A DNA stretch of 64,000 nucleotides from an uncultured Actinomycetota bacterium (GTDB taxonomy: Bacteria; Actinomycetota; Actinomycetes; CAVWCF01). The notes under the pieces are model-generated. The model saw nothing but the letters and a program-made list of their open reading frames with translations, was not told the DNA's origin and made no database searches. The stretch's first letter is position 1, and each line of letters opens with the position of its first letter. The DNA lies in the NCBI GenBank assembly GCA_963753435.1, contig CAVWCF010000001.1, positions 1,636,502 to 1,700,501 on the forward strand, given 5' to 3'. Positions 49,507 through 57,426 of this stretch are shown here, piece after piece. The position numbers were made by a program, and so were the translations under genes.

Positions 49507-50058
49507 TCAGCTGCGCCCGGACTTGCCCGCGCCCTTGCCCTTGTTCGCCTTGGCCGGCTTCTGCTTGTCCGGCTTGGGGCCCTCGTCCGCCTTGTCGTCA
49601 TCCTCGGACTCGTCGGCGGACTTCTCTTCTTCGGACTCAGACGCTTCGGCGTCGTCCTTGGCCGGCTTGCCGCAGTCGTCCTGGGCGGCAGCAGCCATCA
49701 GCGCGCCCCGCTCGGCGCCGCTGAGTGCCCGCCGTTCTTCACTCTTGGCCACTCCGGAGACGTACTCCCCGTGGTTGCGGACCCCCTCGGGGCATTCGGG
49801 CGCGACCACTTCGGATTCGGCTTTGGCTTGCTCGGACTCGGACTCGGACTCGGACTCGGTCTTGGGCTCGGGTGACTCCGTGCCCTCCGACTCGTTCTCG
49901 GACCCCTCTTCCTGGGTGGGGGTGATCTCGGGGCTGGGGGTGATCTCCTCGGTCGTGATCGGCGCGGGTTCGGTCGGCACGTTTTCGGCCGCCATGGCGA
50001 CCCCGCCACCGACCAGCACCGTTGCGACTACTGCCGGGACCACGCTCTTCCAGGACAT
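49507..50058 (-). CDS. Secreted low-complexity acidic protein with NHGEYVS motif and Lys-rich tail
   Basis: Signal peptide (AMA), ES repeats, two Cys, GGAGG upstream. Confidence 0.72.
   Translation of the reverse strand: MSWKSVVPAVVATVLVGGGVAMAAENVPTEPAPITTEEITPSPEITPTQEEGSENESEGTESPEPKTESESESESEQAKAESEVVAPECPEGVRNHGEYVSGVAKSEERRALSGAERGALMAAAAQDDCGKPAKDDAEASESEEEKSADESEDDDKADEGPKPDKQKPAKANKGKGAGKSGRS
49831..49859. repeat. (CTCGGA)n hexamer microsatellite encoding ES repeats
   Basis: About 4.8 perfect copies. Confidence 0.85.
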
Positions 50059-50193
50059 CCCTGATTCCCCTCCGTTGGACTCCGTGCCGCCATCATCGTC
50101 CCGCCAAAGGCACGGATTCAATCAATCGGGCCGATTCACCCGCACGGATCAGCCGGGGCGAGCGAACGATCGGCCCGTCCTGCCGGTCCAGGA

Positions 50194-50766
50194 TCAGGTG
50201 TGCGACTGACCGCCGACCAGCACCAGGTCGACGAGTCGCCGGGCGGTCGCGTTGCTGGCGGGCGATCCGAGCAGCGCACGCACGTGCAGCGGATTGACCA
50301 TCGCCTCCCACAGCAGCGTCGCATCGACGTCCGATCGGATTTGCCCTGCGCGTTGCGCGGCGGCGATCACGTCGGTGGCGAGCCGGTAGCGGCCGGTGAG
50401 GAAGGACCTGGTGACCTGGAGCGTGTCGGGGTCCTCGGCTCCGGCGGCGACTACGGCGCGCAACAGCGCACCCCCGGTGGGCGATCGCAGCACCTTGGCG
50501 ACGGAGACGGCCAGCGTGTGCAGGTCGGCGATCGGATCCCCGGTGGTGACCGGCGGGACTGCCGCGTTGGCGAGCCGTTCAGCGGCGGCGCCGATCAATG
50601 CCGGCCGGGTCGGCCAGCGGCGATACACGGTGGTCTTGTGCACGCCAGCGGCCGCTGCGACGTCTTCCATGGAGAACCCGGCGCCGCGCTCAGTGATCAG
50701 CGCCAGGGTGGTGTCCAGGACGGTGTCGGCGACGGCCTCACCGCGGCGGTGGGTGGGCTCAGCCAC
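50194..50766 (-). CDS. TetR/AcrR family regulator (TetR_C_11-like)
   Basis: VA..AGVHKTTVYRRWP, RAGQIRSDVD. Confidence 0.9.
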   Translation of the reverse strand: MAEPTHRRGEAVADTVLDTTLALITERGAGFSMEDVAAAAGVHKTTVYRRWPTRPALIGAAAERLANAAVPPVTTGDPIADLHTLAVSVAKVLRSPTGGALLRAVVAAGAEDPDTLQVTRSFLTGRYRLATDVIAAAQRAGQIRSDVDATLLWEAMVNPLHVRALLGSPASNATARRLVDLVLVGGQSHT

Positions 50767-51241
50767 GCTCGGCCCGTTCCTTGCAGGCGGCGTTCATCGC
50801 AGCGAAGGCGTCGGCGGTGGCGCCGGTGAGCATGCCGCGCGCGAGCGGGATCAATGCGCCGGTGAGCCGCTCGGCGTGGACGAGTCGGCAGTGGTCGTCA
50901 TCGATCGGCTCAATGGTGAACGAGTGCCGGCCGTCGAACAGGCCCTTGATGCCAAGGTGGCCGAGCCAAGCGAAGCGGTGGCCGGGGTCGAGCTCAACCA
51001 CGGTGGGGCGGAACGTCGTGGGGCGGCGGCCAGGCAGGTTCAGAGTGACGTCAAGGCGGCCACCGAGTGCGATAGGTCCGGTGAACGACGTGATGAACGG
51101 GTTCCAGTCGGGGTAGTCGTCGGTGTCGGTGAGGATCCGCCAGACGGTGTCGGCGGGGGCGTTGATGGCGGTGTCGATCCGGATGTCCACGGCGAACGCA
51201 GAGCTGTCGACGTGGCGGGTGGTGTGTTCGGTGGCTGGCAC
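50759..51241 (-). CDS. SRPBCC domain protein
   Basis: INAP..TVW.ILTD..YPDWNPFI, FDGRHSF, FAAMN.A.K.RAE. Confidence 0.88.
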   Translation of the reverse strand: MPATEHTTRHVDSSAFAVDIRIDTAINAPADTVWRILTDTDDYPDWNPFITSFTGPIALGGRLDVTLNLPGRRPTTFRPTVVELDPGHRFAWLGHLGIKGLFDGRHSFTIEPIDDDHCRLVHAERLTGALIPLARGMLTGATADAFAAMNAACKERAERG

Positions 51242-51249
51242 GGGGTGCT

Positions 51250-51314
51250 CCTATCGCAACAAGTGATGCGATAGGTCTATCACAGTGTTCTGCGCTAACG
51301 CAACAAGAGTTGCG
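51250..51314. promoter_or_regulatory. Two palindromic operators CGCAAC-N4-G(A/T)TGCG, probable TetR sites
   Basis: CGCAACAAGTGATGCG at 51255 (extended CCTATCGCA..TGCGATAGG) and CGCAACAAGAGTTGCG at 51299. Confidence 0.7.
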
Positions 51315-51320
51315 AAGAAG

Positions 51321-51393
51321 TGCCCCCGGCAGGATTCGAACCTGCGACACACGGTTTAGGAAACCGTTGCTCTATCCCCTGAGCTACGGGGGC
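51321..51393 (-). tRNA. tRNA-Arg(CCT); CCA not encoded
   Basis: GCCCCCG acceptor stem, TAGCTCAG..GGATAGAGC D-arm, ACGGT-TTCCTAA-ACCGT anticodon arm, GGTTCGAATCC T-loop. Confidence 0.97.
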
Positions 51394-51579
51394 GGGACGT
51401 GCGTAATTGCGTGCGGAAAACCTGGCTGGAGTTCTCGCGGTGGTGTTCGTCTCGCCGTGGCGGCGATTCTAGGTGCCGGTAGGGGCCGGATTGGTCGTCG
51501 CGGGACGGTCGTTGCTGCCTGATCTTGGTGGTGGGGCATGCCGAAGCGCCCGCGGGTAGCGGGGTCTGGAGGGGACGGG

Positions 51580-53118
51580 TCAGGCGACCAGGTCGGGTGG
51601 CGGTGCGTGTTGTCGGGTGATGGCGCGTTGCCATACGTGTAGTGCCCAGGCGTTCTGCGCCATGGCGGCGAGCAGGATGACGATGGTCTGCCGGTGAACG
51701 CCCCAGGCGGGCAGGCGTTGCTTGTGGAAGGCGAATTCGAGTTGGGCGTTCAGCGATTCGGTGTCCGCACGCATCCCGTAGAGGCGGTCGTAGTTGGTGT
51801 CGTCGATGGCGACGGCGCGGAGGTACTCGCCGCGGTGGAACCCGGATGCCTCGTCGGCGGCGACGGGGGTAAGCGGTTCCCACCACTTGTGGGTGGTCCC
51901 GGTCGCTGCGCACTTGAGGCGGTGCTCGGCATACAACGCCCAGCTGCCGTCGGCCTTGGGCTGCCGTTTGATTCCGCCGCGGAGGATGGGTTGGTAGTCA
52001 GGGGTCCCATCGACGGTGAGGACCTTCTCGAAGAGCCCACCCCCGGCGGCCCACAGGTCATGGCCGCAGTCGGCGAACGCCTTCGTGCGGGCGCGGGATG
52101 CTGGAAGTGGTTTCGCGGCGTGGCCGTAGCCGTTGGTGATGATCCCGCCGTGCTTCTTGTCTTTGCGTCGCGGTGGTGAGATGACGAGGCGGCCGGTGGC
52201 GGCCTGCACGGTGCTGATGTGGGTACCGCGCAGCGCCCCGTCGGTGACGAACCCGACGACACCGGGGGATTCCGAAGCAATGTCGATGGCGAGATCGGTG
52301 AACGGACCGCCCTCACCGCGACCGTCTTTGGTGATCCGTTGGATCCCACATACGACCCGATGCCCTGTCATCGGCGACCGAATGGAGGCGATGGCGTACT
52401 TAGATCCCCAGACGACGTCCTCGGTGCCCCCTTCGCCGTGGCGCCCGCGGGCTGGGTCCTGTCGGATGGGCCGGATCTCCCCGGTTCTCCGGTCGACTCG
52501 TTCAGTGTCCGTGGTTCGCAGGGGGGAGCTGAACACTTTCCCGTCGATGCCGACCAACCGGGTGCGGTCCGGTTTCGACCACGACAGGCCGTCCGGGTTG
52601 GCCAGGCCGACTTCATGTGCACGGGAGATTCCCAAGACGAGCTGCGTCGCGGTCAGATGCTCGAGGTGCCCGTCGAGTCGTCGGGTCAGATAGCCGTACT
52701 GGTCCCGGGTCGGTCCGCGGTCGGGGATCGGTTCGTCGGGTGGCAGGTTCGGCAGGGCTGCTTTCACGACCAGCGCCCAAAGCCCCGGCTCGGCCAAGTT
52801 GCGGGCGGCGGCTGCGGCGGAGCCGAACACGCTGATGGACTGGCCGAGGAGCAGCACCGCCCAGGTTGGGTGTTTCCGCGGCCGCCCACCGACCTTCGGG
52901 TCCCTCTGCGTCCATTCATCGATCCGATCCGCCAGGGCGAACAGGTGCGGATCGGCAGCGATCGCCTGCAAATGCGTGATCAGGGTTTGAGCGTCGTCGG
53001 CCTTCTCCCGCGCCGTCTGCCTTCGCAATACGAAGACGGCTTCGCGGACCTGCTCCGTGGTGGCGCCGTGCAGCCGCCGCCCCCTTCCAGGGGCCACCGC
53101 CGCACGACGCGCCGACAC
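51580..53118 (-). CDS. Divergent DDE transposase (IS4/IS5/IS1182-like architecture)
   Basis: GGRPR N-terminal motif; LVGIDGK (D1); WGSKY; FVTDGA (D2); YGMRADTESLN fits Y-x2-R-x3-E. Confidence 0.72.
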   Translation of the reverse strand: MSARRAAVAPGRGRRLHGATTEQVREAVFVLRRQTAREKADDAQTLITHLQAIAADPHLFALADRIDEWTQRDPKVGGRPRKHPTWAVLLLGQSISVFGSAAAAARNLAEPGLWALVVKAALPNLPPDEPIPDRGPTRDQYGYLTRRLDGHLEHLTATQLVLGISRAHEVGLANPDGLSWSKPDRTRLVGIDGKVFSSPLRTTDTERVDRRTGEIRPIRQDPARGRHGEGGTEDVVWGSKYAIASIRSPMTGHRVVCGIQRITKDGRGEGGPFTDLAIDIASESPGVVGFVTDGALRGTHISTVQAATGRLVISPPRRKDKKHGGIITNGYGHAAKPLPASRARTKAFADCGHDLWAAGGGLFEKVLTVDGTPDYQPILRGGIKRQPKADGSWALYAEHRLKCAATGTTHKWWEPLTPVAADEASGFHRGEYLRAVAIDDTNYDRLYGMRADTESLNAQLEFAFHKQRLPAWGVHRQTIVILLAAMAQNAWALHVWQRAITRQHAPPPDLVA

Positions 53119-53127
53119 GATCCCCGA

Positions 53128-54120
53128 CTACCCCCGCACCACGACAGCGGCCGCGTCGCCACGAATCTGGTCCGCCCACGCCGCCTGCCAATCGGCGTCG
53201 AGACGCCGCCGAGCAGCATCGAGGGACCGCAGACCCAGGACGTCGGCGACGTCTTCGACGCGGCCCGTCAAGGCGTAGCGGCGGTTCGCCGCATACGACT
53301 GCAACGACCCTGCCCGCACCCCGGCCCGATCTATCCCTGCCGCACGCAACGCCCGATGCAACGTGTGGGCAACCGCGGGAGCCAGGCTCTGCGGCTGATA
53401 CCGGTCCAGTGGCTGGCCCATCGCCAACGGCGCGGTGCCCGTATCAAACTCGACCCGCTTCCGCGCGGCCGCCCTACGCAGGGCGTCGACCCGCTGGTCC
53501 AGGGTCGCCACGGCCGCTGGCTCCAGCGCGACCACCCGAGGTCGGGATTGACCACGGCCCGCCAACCGCAGCGTCGCCGCCCTCGGGTCGAAATCAGCCA
53601 CCAGTGCCGCGGCGATGTCCGCCTGCGCGGCGCCCGCCAACGCCAACTCCACCGCCGCCGGGGACACTGTGTCCGCCGTCGACAATCGACCCGCGACCCG
53701 AAGACGCGCCACCTCCGACGGCGTCAGCGGCGGAATCGGACCCGGCGACCGATCGGGAGTGATTACGTCGGCTGGCACCAGGGCGGGATCCACCCAGCCG
53801 CGATCCACCCAGATCCGCGCTGCGGCCCGGAGCGCTCCCTGCCGGCCCCGCCGGGTCTGTGCCGCCACCGGCTGGCCCGCTCGCGCCCGTGACCCCGGCG
53901 ATACCGCGCTCACCGGAGCCGCCACCCACGCCCGACACAACCCAGGCGTCAGATCCGCTAGCGACGTGACGCCCGACGCCGTCGCGAACCGCGCGAACGT
54001 CTCGAGATGCCGTACGTAGAGCTGCTCCGTCCGAGGCGTCAGCCCCCCGGCCGCTCGGCGTTCAGCCCACGCCGCGGCAACTTCCGCCAGCCCGTTCGCC
54101 AGCGAAACTGATTCGACCAT
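53128..54120 (-). CDS. Tyrosine-recombinase (XerC/Int-fold) homolog, predicted catalytically inactive
   Basis: Core-binding-like TPRT..LY..HL..F; PLTPSEVARL; box I ELALAGAAQADI; AGRGQSRPRVV; box II AGSLQSYAA and VADVLGLRSLDAARRRL; GGAGG before ATG 54120. Confidence 0.75.
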   Translation of the reverse strand: MVESVSLANGLAEVAAAWAERRAAGGLTPRTEQLYVRHLETFARFATASGVTSLADLTPGLCRAWVAAPVSAVSPGSRARAGQPVAAQTRRGRQGALRAAARIWVDRGWVDPALVPADVITPDRSPGPIPPLTPSEVARLRVAGRLSTADTVSPAAVELALAGAAQADIAAALVADFDPRAATLRLAGRGQSRPRVVALEPAAVATLDQRVDALRRAAARKRVEFDTGTAPLAMGQPLDRYQPQSLAPAVAHTLHRALRAAGIDRAGVRAGSLQSYAANRRYALTGRVEDVADVLGLRSLDAARRRLDADWQAAWADQIRGDAAAVVVRG

Positions 54121-54271
54121 CACCGCCTCCGTTCTGCCGATCCGGACCACCCGAACCGTCTACTTCAAGTTGTAAGCCCCGACGGCGCGCATTTGTGTTC
54201 ACACTTCTGCGGCCGAATCAGCCCTCCGCCTCCAGAGAACAACCCCTGTCACGTCACACCGAAGTTAAAGG

Positions 54272-54315
54272 TTCAGAACCACCAACATTCTGAAATGTGA
54301 GTGCATGGATGTCAA
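54272..54315 (-). promoter_or_regulatory. Promoter TTGACA-N17-CAGAAT overlapped by inverted repeat TTCAGAA-N9-TTCTGAA
   Basis: TGTCAA at 54310-15 and ATTCTG at 54287-92 on the plus strand; inverted repeat at 54272-54294. Confidence 0.7.
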
Positions 54316-54348
54316 CCGTTGTCTGGGGCCGCCGCTACGGTCCGTGTT

Positions 54349-54552
54349 GTGGGGAAGCGCGTGGACCTGGACGACCTGGCTGATGCCGGCGATGTTGCGC
54401 GCCTGTTGGGTCTCGCCAACTCCGGCGCCGTCTACGTCTACCTGAATCGTTACCCGGAGATGCCGAGGCCGGTGTTCGACCGTGGCCCAGGCAAGGCGAA
54501 GCTGTGGCTTCGGTCAGAGGTGGCCGAATGGGCGGCTCAGCGGCGTGCATAG
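54349..54552 (+). CDS. AlpA/excisionase-like winged-HTH protein
   Basis: DL.DAGDVARLLGL...VYVY..RYPEMPRP...LWLRSEVAEWA. Confidence 0.75.
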   Translation: MGKRVDLDDLADAGDVARLLGLANSGAVYVYLNRYPEMPRPVFDRGPGKAKLWLRSEVAEWAAQRRA

Positions 54553-54904
54553 TTGTCGCGGCCCTCGTGTTGTCGCGGGACGTCGCCAGCGCAGTAGTCC
54601 TCGGACTGGCGCCCCGAACTCGGTGTTTCGGCACCTACGGAGGTCCGCGGATGTGGCCCGGCCGGCAGTGGAGTGGGCAAGCGCCTAGCCACATCCGCTG
54701 AGACCCGAAGCCGGGACTGCGCTGAGGTCCCGCACGTGCGCGCGAGGTGGGGTACCCAGGCTGCGTTGCCCGTATTGGTTCCAGCAGATGTCCGACAAGG
54801 ATCGCTGAACAACCCTTGACGTTTGCGGCAAGCAACGAGAGCCTGCATCTGACGGGGATGTCCGCGGAACTCGCCATGCCGGCGGGTATCCAGGGAGGCC
54901 CACG

Positions 54905-55447
54905 ATGAATCGATTCCTACTCGTTGCACTTGCCTTGCTCCTCGCGTCGGCCGGTTGCGCCTCGGACTCGGCCGACAGCGGTGCCGCGAACACCGCTGAC
55001 ACCACTGACAGCCAGGGCACGGACGACCAGGCGGATACGAGCGGGGCCGACACCATCGTCGATCCGCAGCCGCCCGGCACTGGATACGCAGCCGTGGACG
55101 GGCTGGAGTTCACATTGACCGAGATCGGTGGGTTGGCCTGCACCATTAGCCAAGACGCCGTCACCTTCTCGTTCATCATGGGTGACAACGAGGTCGTCAT
55201 AGGCGGCGGGGCCAACCGCTATGAAGATGGATGGCTCGGCAACATCGATCTGCGCGTGGCCAACCCCACCGATGAGCCGGGGCCCGTCAGCTACTACCCG
55301 GACCTGATGGCTGACGGCGATGGAATCGCCGTCAATGGATCGAGCATGTCCTACGACGGTCCCATGAAGAAGCAGCCGCCGAACGACGGTACGAACCCGG
55401 CACCGGTCGACGCCGGCACCGGCACCATCAGCGTGACCTGCCCGTAG
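54905..55447 (+). CDS. Hypothetical lipoprotein
   Basis: Lipobox SAGC, acidic linker, terminal ISVTCP with a second internal Cys; GGAGG RBS. Confidence 0.8.
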   Translation: MNRFLLVALALLLASAGCASDSADSGAANTADTTDSQGTDDQADTSGADTIVDPQPPGTGYAAVDGLEFTLTEIGGLACTISQDAVTFSFIMGDNEVVIGGGANRYEDGWLGNIDLRVANPTDEPGPVSYYPDLMADGDGIAVNGSSMSYDGPMKKQPPNDGTNPAPVDAGTGTISVTCP

Positions 55448-55730
55448 GGGCGTCACGACGGCGCAGACTGGGAAGCGGCGGGCCTCGGACTCACTGAGTC
55501 GTTTGATGTGTAGTTGGAGTGCTCGCATTTTGTGCCGGTGCCGAGTAGATGTACTAGCGAATAGTGGTTGCCCACCTGCGTGCGACCTGGGGCCACTGGC
55601 GTATGTGATGAGGGAACGAGCCGATCGAGCCTGTAGCGGTCCCAATACTGCCGCGAGCGCCGCAGAGGGGCATGCAACTCGCAGAGGCCGTAGCCAGCGT
55701 CGGCGGCCTGAAGCATGCCTACCGGAGGCG

Positions 55731-56051
55731 TCAGGCTTTCGTGACGGTGAGCAGGACGACCGCATCGGCGAGAGCTGTGACACCGTGTCGTCGCTGCGGT
55801 ACTGCGGCCAGGTCACCGGTCGCAAGTTCCATGGAGTCTGGCCCGGAGTGCAGTCGCACCCTGCCGTGGAGTACTTGCAGCGTTGCCTCGCCCGGATTCT
55901 CGTGGTCCTGGAGCGACTCGCCGGCTACCAGTGCCATCAGGACCTGACGGAGCCGGTGACCGGAGCCACCGATCAGCAGTTCCGAGTGTCGGCCGTTGGC
56001 AGACGTGGCCGCGCGTGCCAGTGCCTCCTGTGCGATGACCGTGACGTTCAT
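55731..56051 (-). CDS. Cupin-domain protein
   Basis: L.DHENPGEATLQVL.G, RHGV.A; ATGA overlap with the narI stop. Confidence 0.85.
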   Translation of the reverse strand: MNVTVIAQEALARAATSANGRHSELLIGGSGHRLRQVLMALVAGESLQDHENPGEATLQVLHGRVRLHSGPDSMELATGDLAAVPQRRHGVTALADAVVLLTVTKA

Positions 56052-56803
56052 CGCTTGCTCACCGGCTCCCATCCACGCAGCGGGTCGCGGCTGCCGAGGC
56101 GTTCGGTGTCCCTGGATCGGTACACCACAGCCGGCCGCGACAGGTAGCCGATCGGTGCGCTGAAGATGTGGACCAACCTGGTGAACGGGATCATCGCGAT
56201 CAGGATCAGCGACGCCATCGCATGCATACGGAACGACAGCGGTGCCTCAACCATCGCCTCGCCATCGGGGTTGAACCAGAAGATGCTGCGGAACCACTCC
56301 GCGACCGTGTCCCGGTAGTTGTAGCCGCCCTCGAACTCCCCGGTGATATTGAAGAGGTTGATACCGATGGTGTTGAACGCGCCCAGGAGGATCGTCGAGG
56401 CGAGCACTAGGTACATGGCCTTGTCCATGGGCGTGGTCACCCGGAAGACCGGCCCGACCATGCGCCGCCGGTAGATGAGAATCACCAGCCCGCTGACGAC
56501 CATCAGCCCCGCAATCGTGCCGGCGGTCACTGCGACCAGGTGGTAGAGGTCCTCGCTGATACCGGCGGCCTCGGTCCACGACTCCGGGATGACCAGCCCG
56601 AGGATGTGTCCGCCCAACGCGAGCAGGATGCCGAAGTGGAACAGTGGGCTGCCCAGCCGCAGCAATCGGCTCTCGTACATCTGGCTGGAGCGCGTGGTCC
56701 AGCCAAACCGGTCGTACTTGTAGCGCCAGAACATGCCGACGGCGAAGACCGCTAGCGCAACGTACGGGAGAACCTCCCAGACGAACTTCTGCAAGGTGGT
56801 CAT
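56048..56803 (-). CDS. narI: Respiratory nitrate reductase gamma subunit
   Basis: RY.YD.FGWTTRSSQ, LFHFGIL, GH..G, WFRSI, PFTRLVH. Confidence 0.96.
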   Translation of the reverse strand: MTTLQKFVWEVLPYVALAVFAVGMFWRYKYDRFGWTTRSSQMYESRLLRLGSPLFHFGILLALGGHILGLVIPESWTEAAGISEDLYHLVAVTAGTIAGLMVVSGLVILIYRRRMVGPVFRVTTPMDKAMYLVLASTILLGAFNTIGINLFNITGEFEGGYNYRDTVAEWFRSIFWFNPDGEAMVEAPLSFRMHAMASLILIAMIPFTRLVHIFSAPIGYLSRPAVVYRSRDTERLGSRDPLRGWEPVSKR

Positions 56804-57426
56804 TTGCGCACCCCAACTCCGGTCAGTTCCGCGGGTCCGAACGGCTCCAGGCCCACCTGCTCGGTCGGTGGCCCCTGAACCGCCAGCACCGACGCGGCCT
56901 CCAGTTCGGCCGAGTCGGCCGGCGGCAACGTTTCGATTACTACGTCGATGACGTCCGCATACGACGACCCGGCCTGGCGCAGCGACGTTCGCAACAACTC
57001 CAGCCCCCGGCGGTGCTGTTGCAGCAAGGCCACGGCTTCGGTGGGGGCGTCGATGCTGAACTCCAGCACCACGGGCAGGAAGTCCGGCAGTTCGGAGTCG
57101 TCGAATCGCAGACCGGCGGCCGCGTAGACCTCCTTGAACCGCACCAGCGCCATTCCGCGCAACCGGGTGTCGCCGTTGAGGTAGTACGACAGGTACAAAC
57201 AGCACCGCCGTTTCTGGTCGAACGTCTCCACATAGTCGGCCTGACGCTGCATCAGCGGTTCCGCCAACGCTGAGTCGATGAACCCGACTAGCCCAGCACG
57301 CAGTTTCGTCGGCAACCCAGCGGCCACGGTCCGCAACTCGAGCAAGGTCGCCTCAGCGCCCGTCTCCGAATCCGGGTAGAGGAGCAGTCGCCCGGCTAGC
57401 GCCCGCGCCAACGTCTCACTTGTCAT
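56800..57426 (-). CDS. narJ: Nitrate reductase molybdenum cofactor assembly chaperone
   Basis: YVETFD, LYLSYY..GDTR.RG.AL, ELPDFLPVVLEF. Confidence 0.95.
   Translation of the reverse strand: MTSETLARALAGRLLLYPDSETGAEATLLELRTVAAGLPTKLRAGLVGFIDSALAEPLMQRQADYVETFDQKRRCCLYLSYYLNGDTRLRGMALVRFKEVYAAAGLRFDDSELPDFLPVVLEFSIDAPTEAVALLQQHRRGLELLRTSLRQAGSSYADVIDVVIETLPPADSAELEAASVLAVQGPPTEQVGLEPFGPAELTGVGVRK

Larger units (their letters stand above)
51400..54560. mobile_element. Putative three-gene mobile unit adjoining tRNA-Arg (boundaries approximate)
   Basis: Transposase, Int-like gene and xis/AlpA-like HTH next to a tRNA; no terminal repeats or att copy found by eye. Confidence 0.6.

Noticed and set aside
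52219-53892. 557-aa plus-strand ORF across the mobile unit
   Set aside because: Antisense to two genes with recognisable motifs; low-complexity Arg/Pro composition
54160-54192. 10-aa minus-strand ORF MRAVGAYNLK in the integrase leader
   Set aside because: No RBS and too short to support
51392-54740. GCGGGAC (at the tRNA 5' end) and GTCCCGC (54727) as terminal inverted repeats
   Set aside because: Only 7 bp of GC-rich sequence, expected by chance
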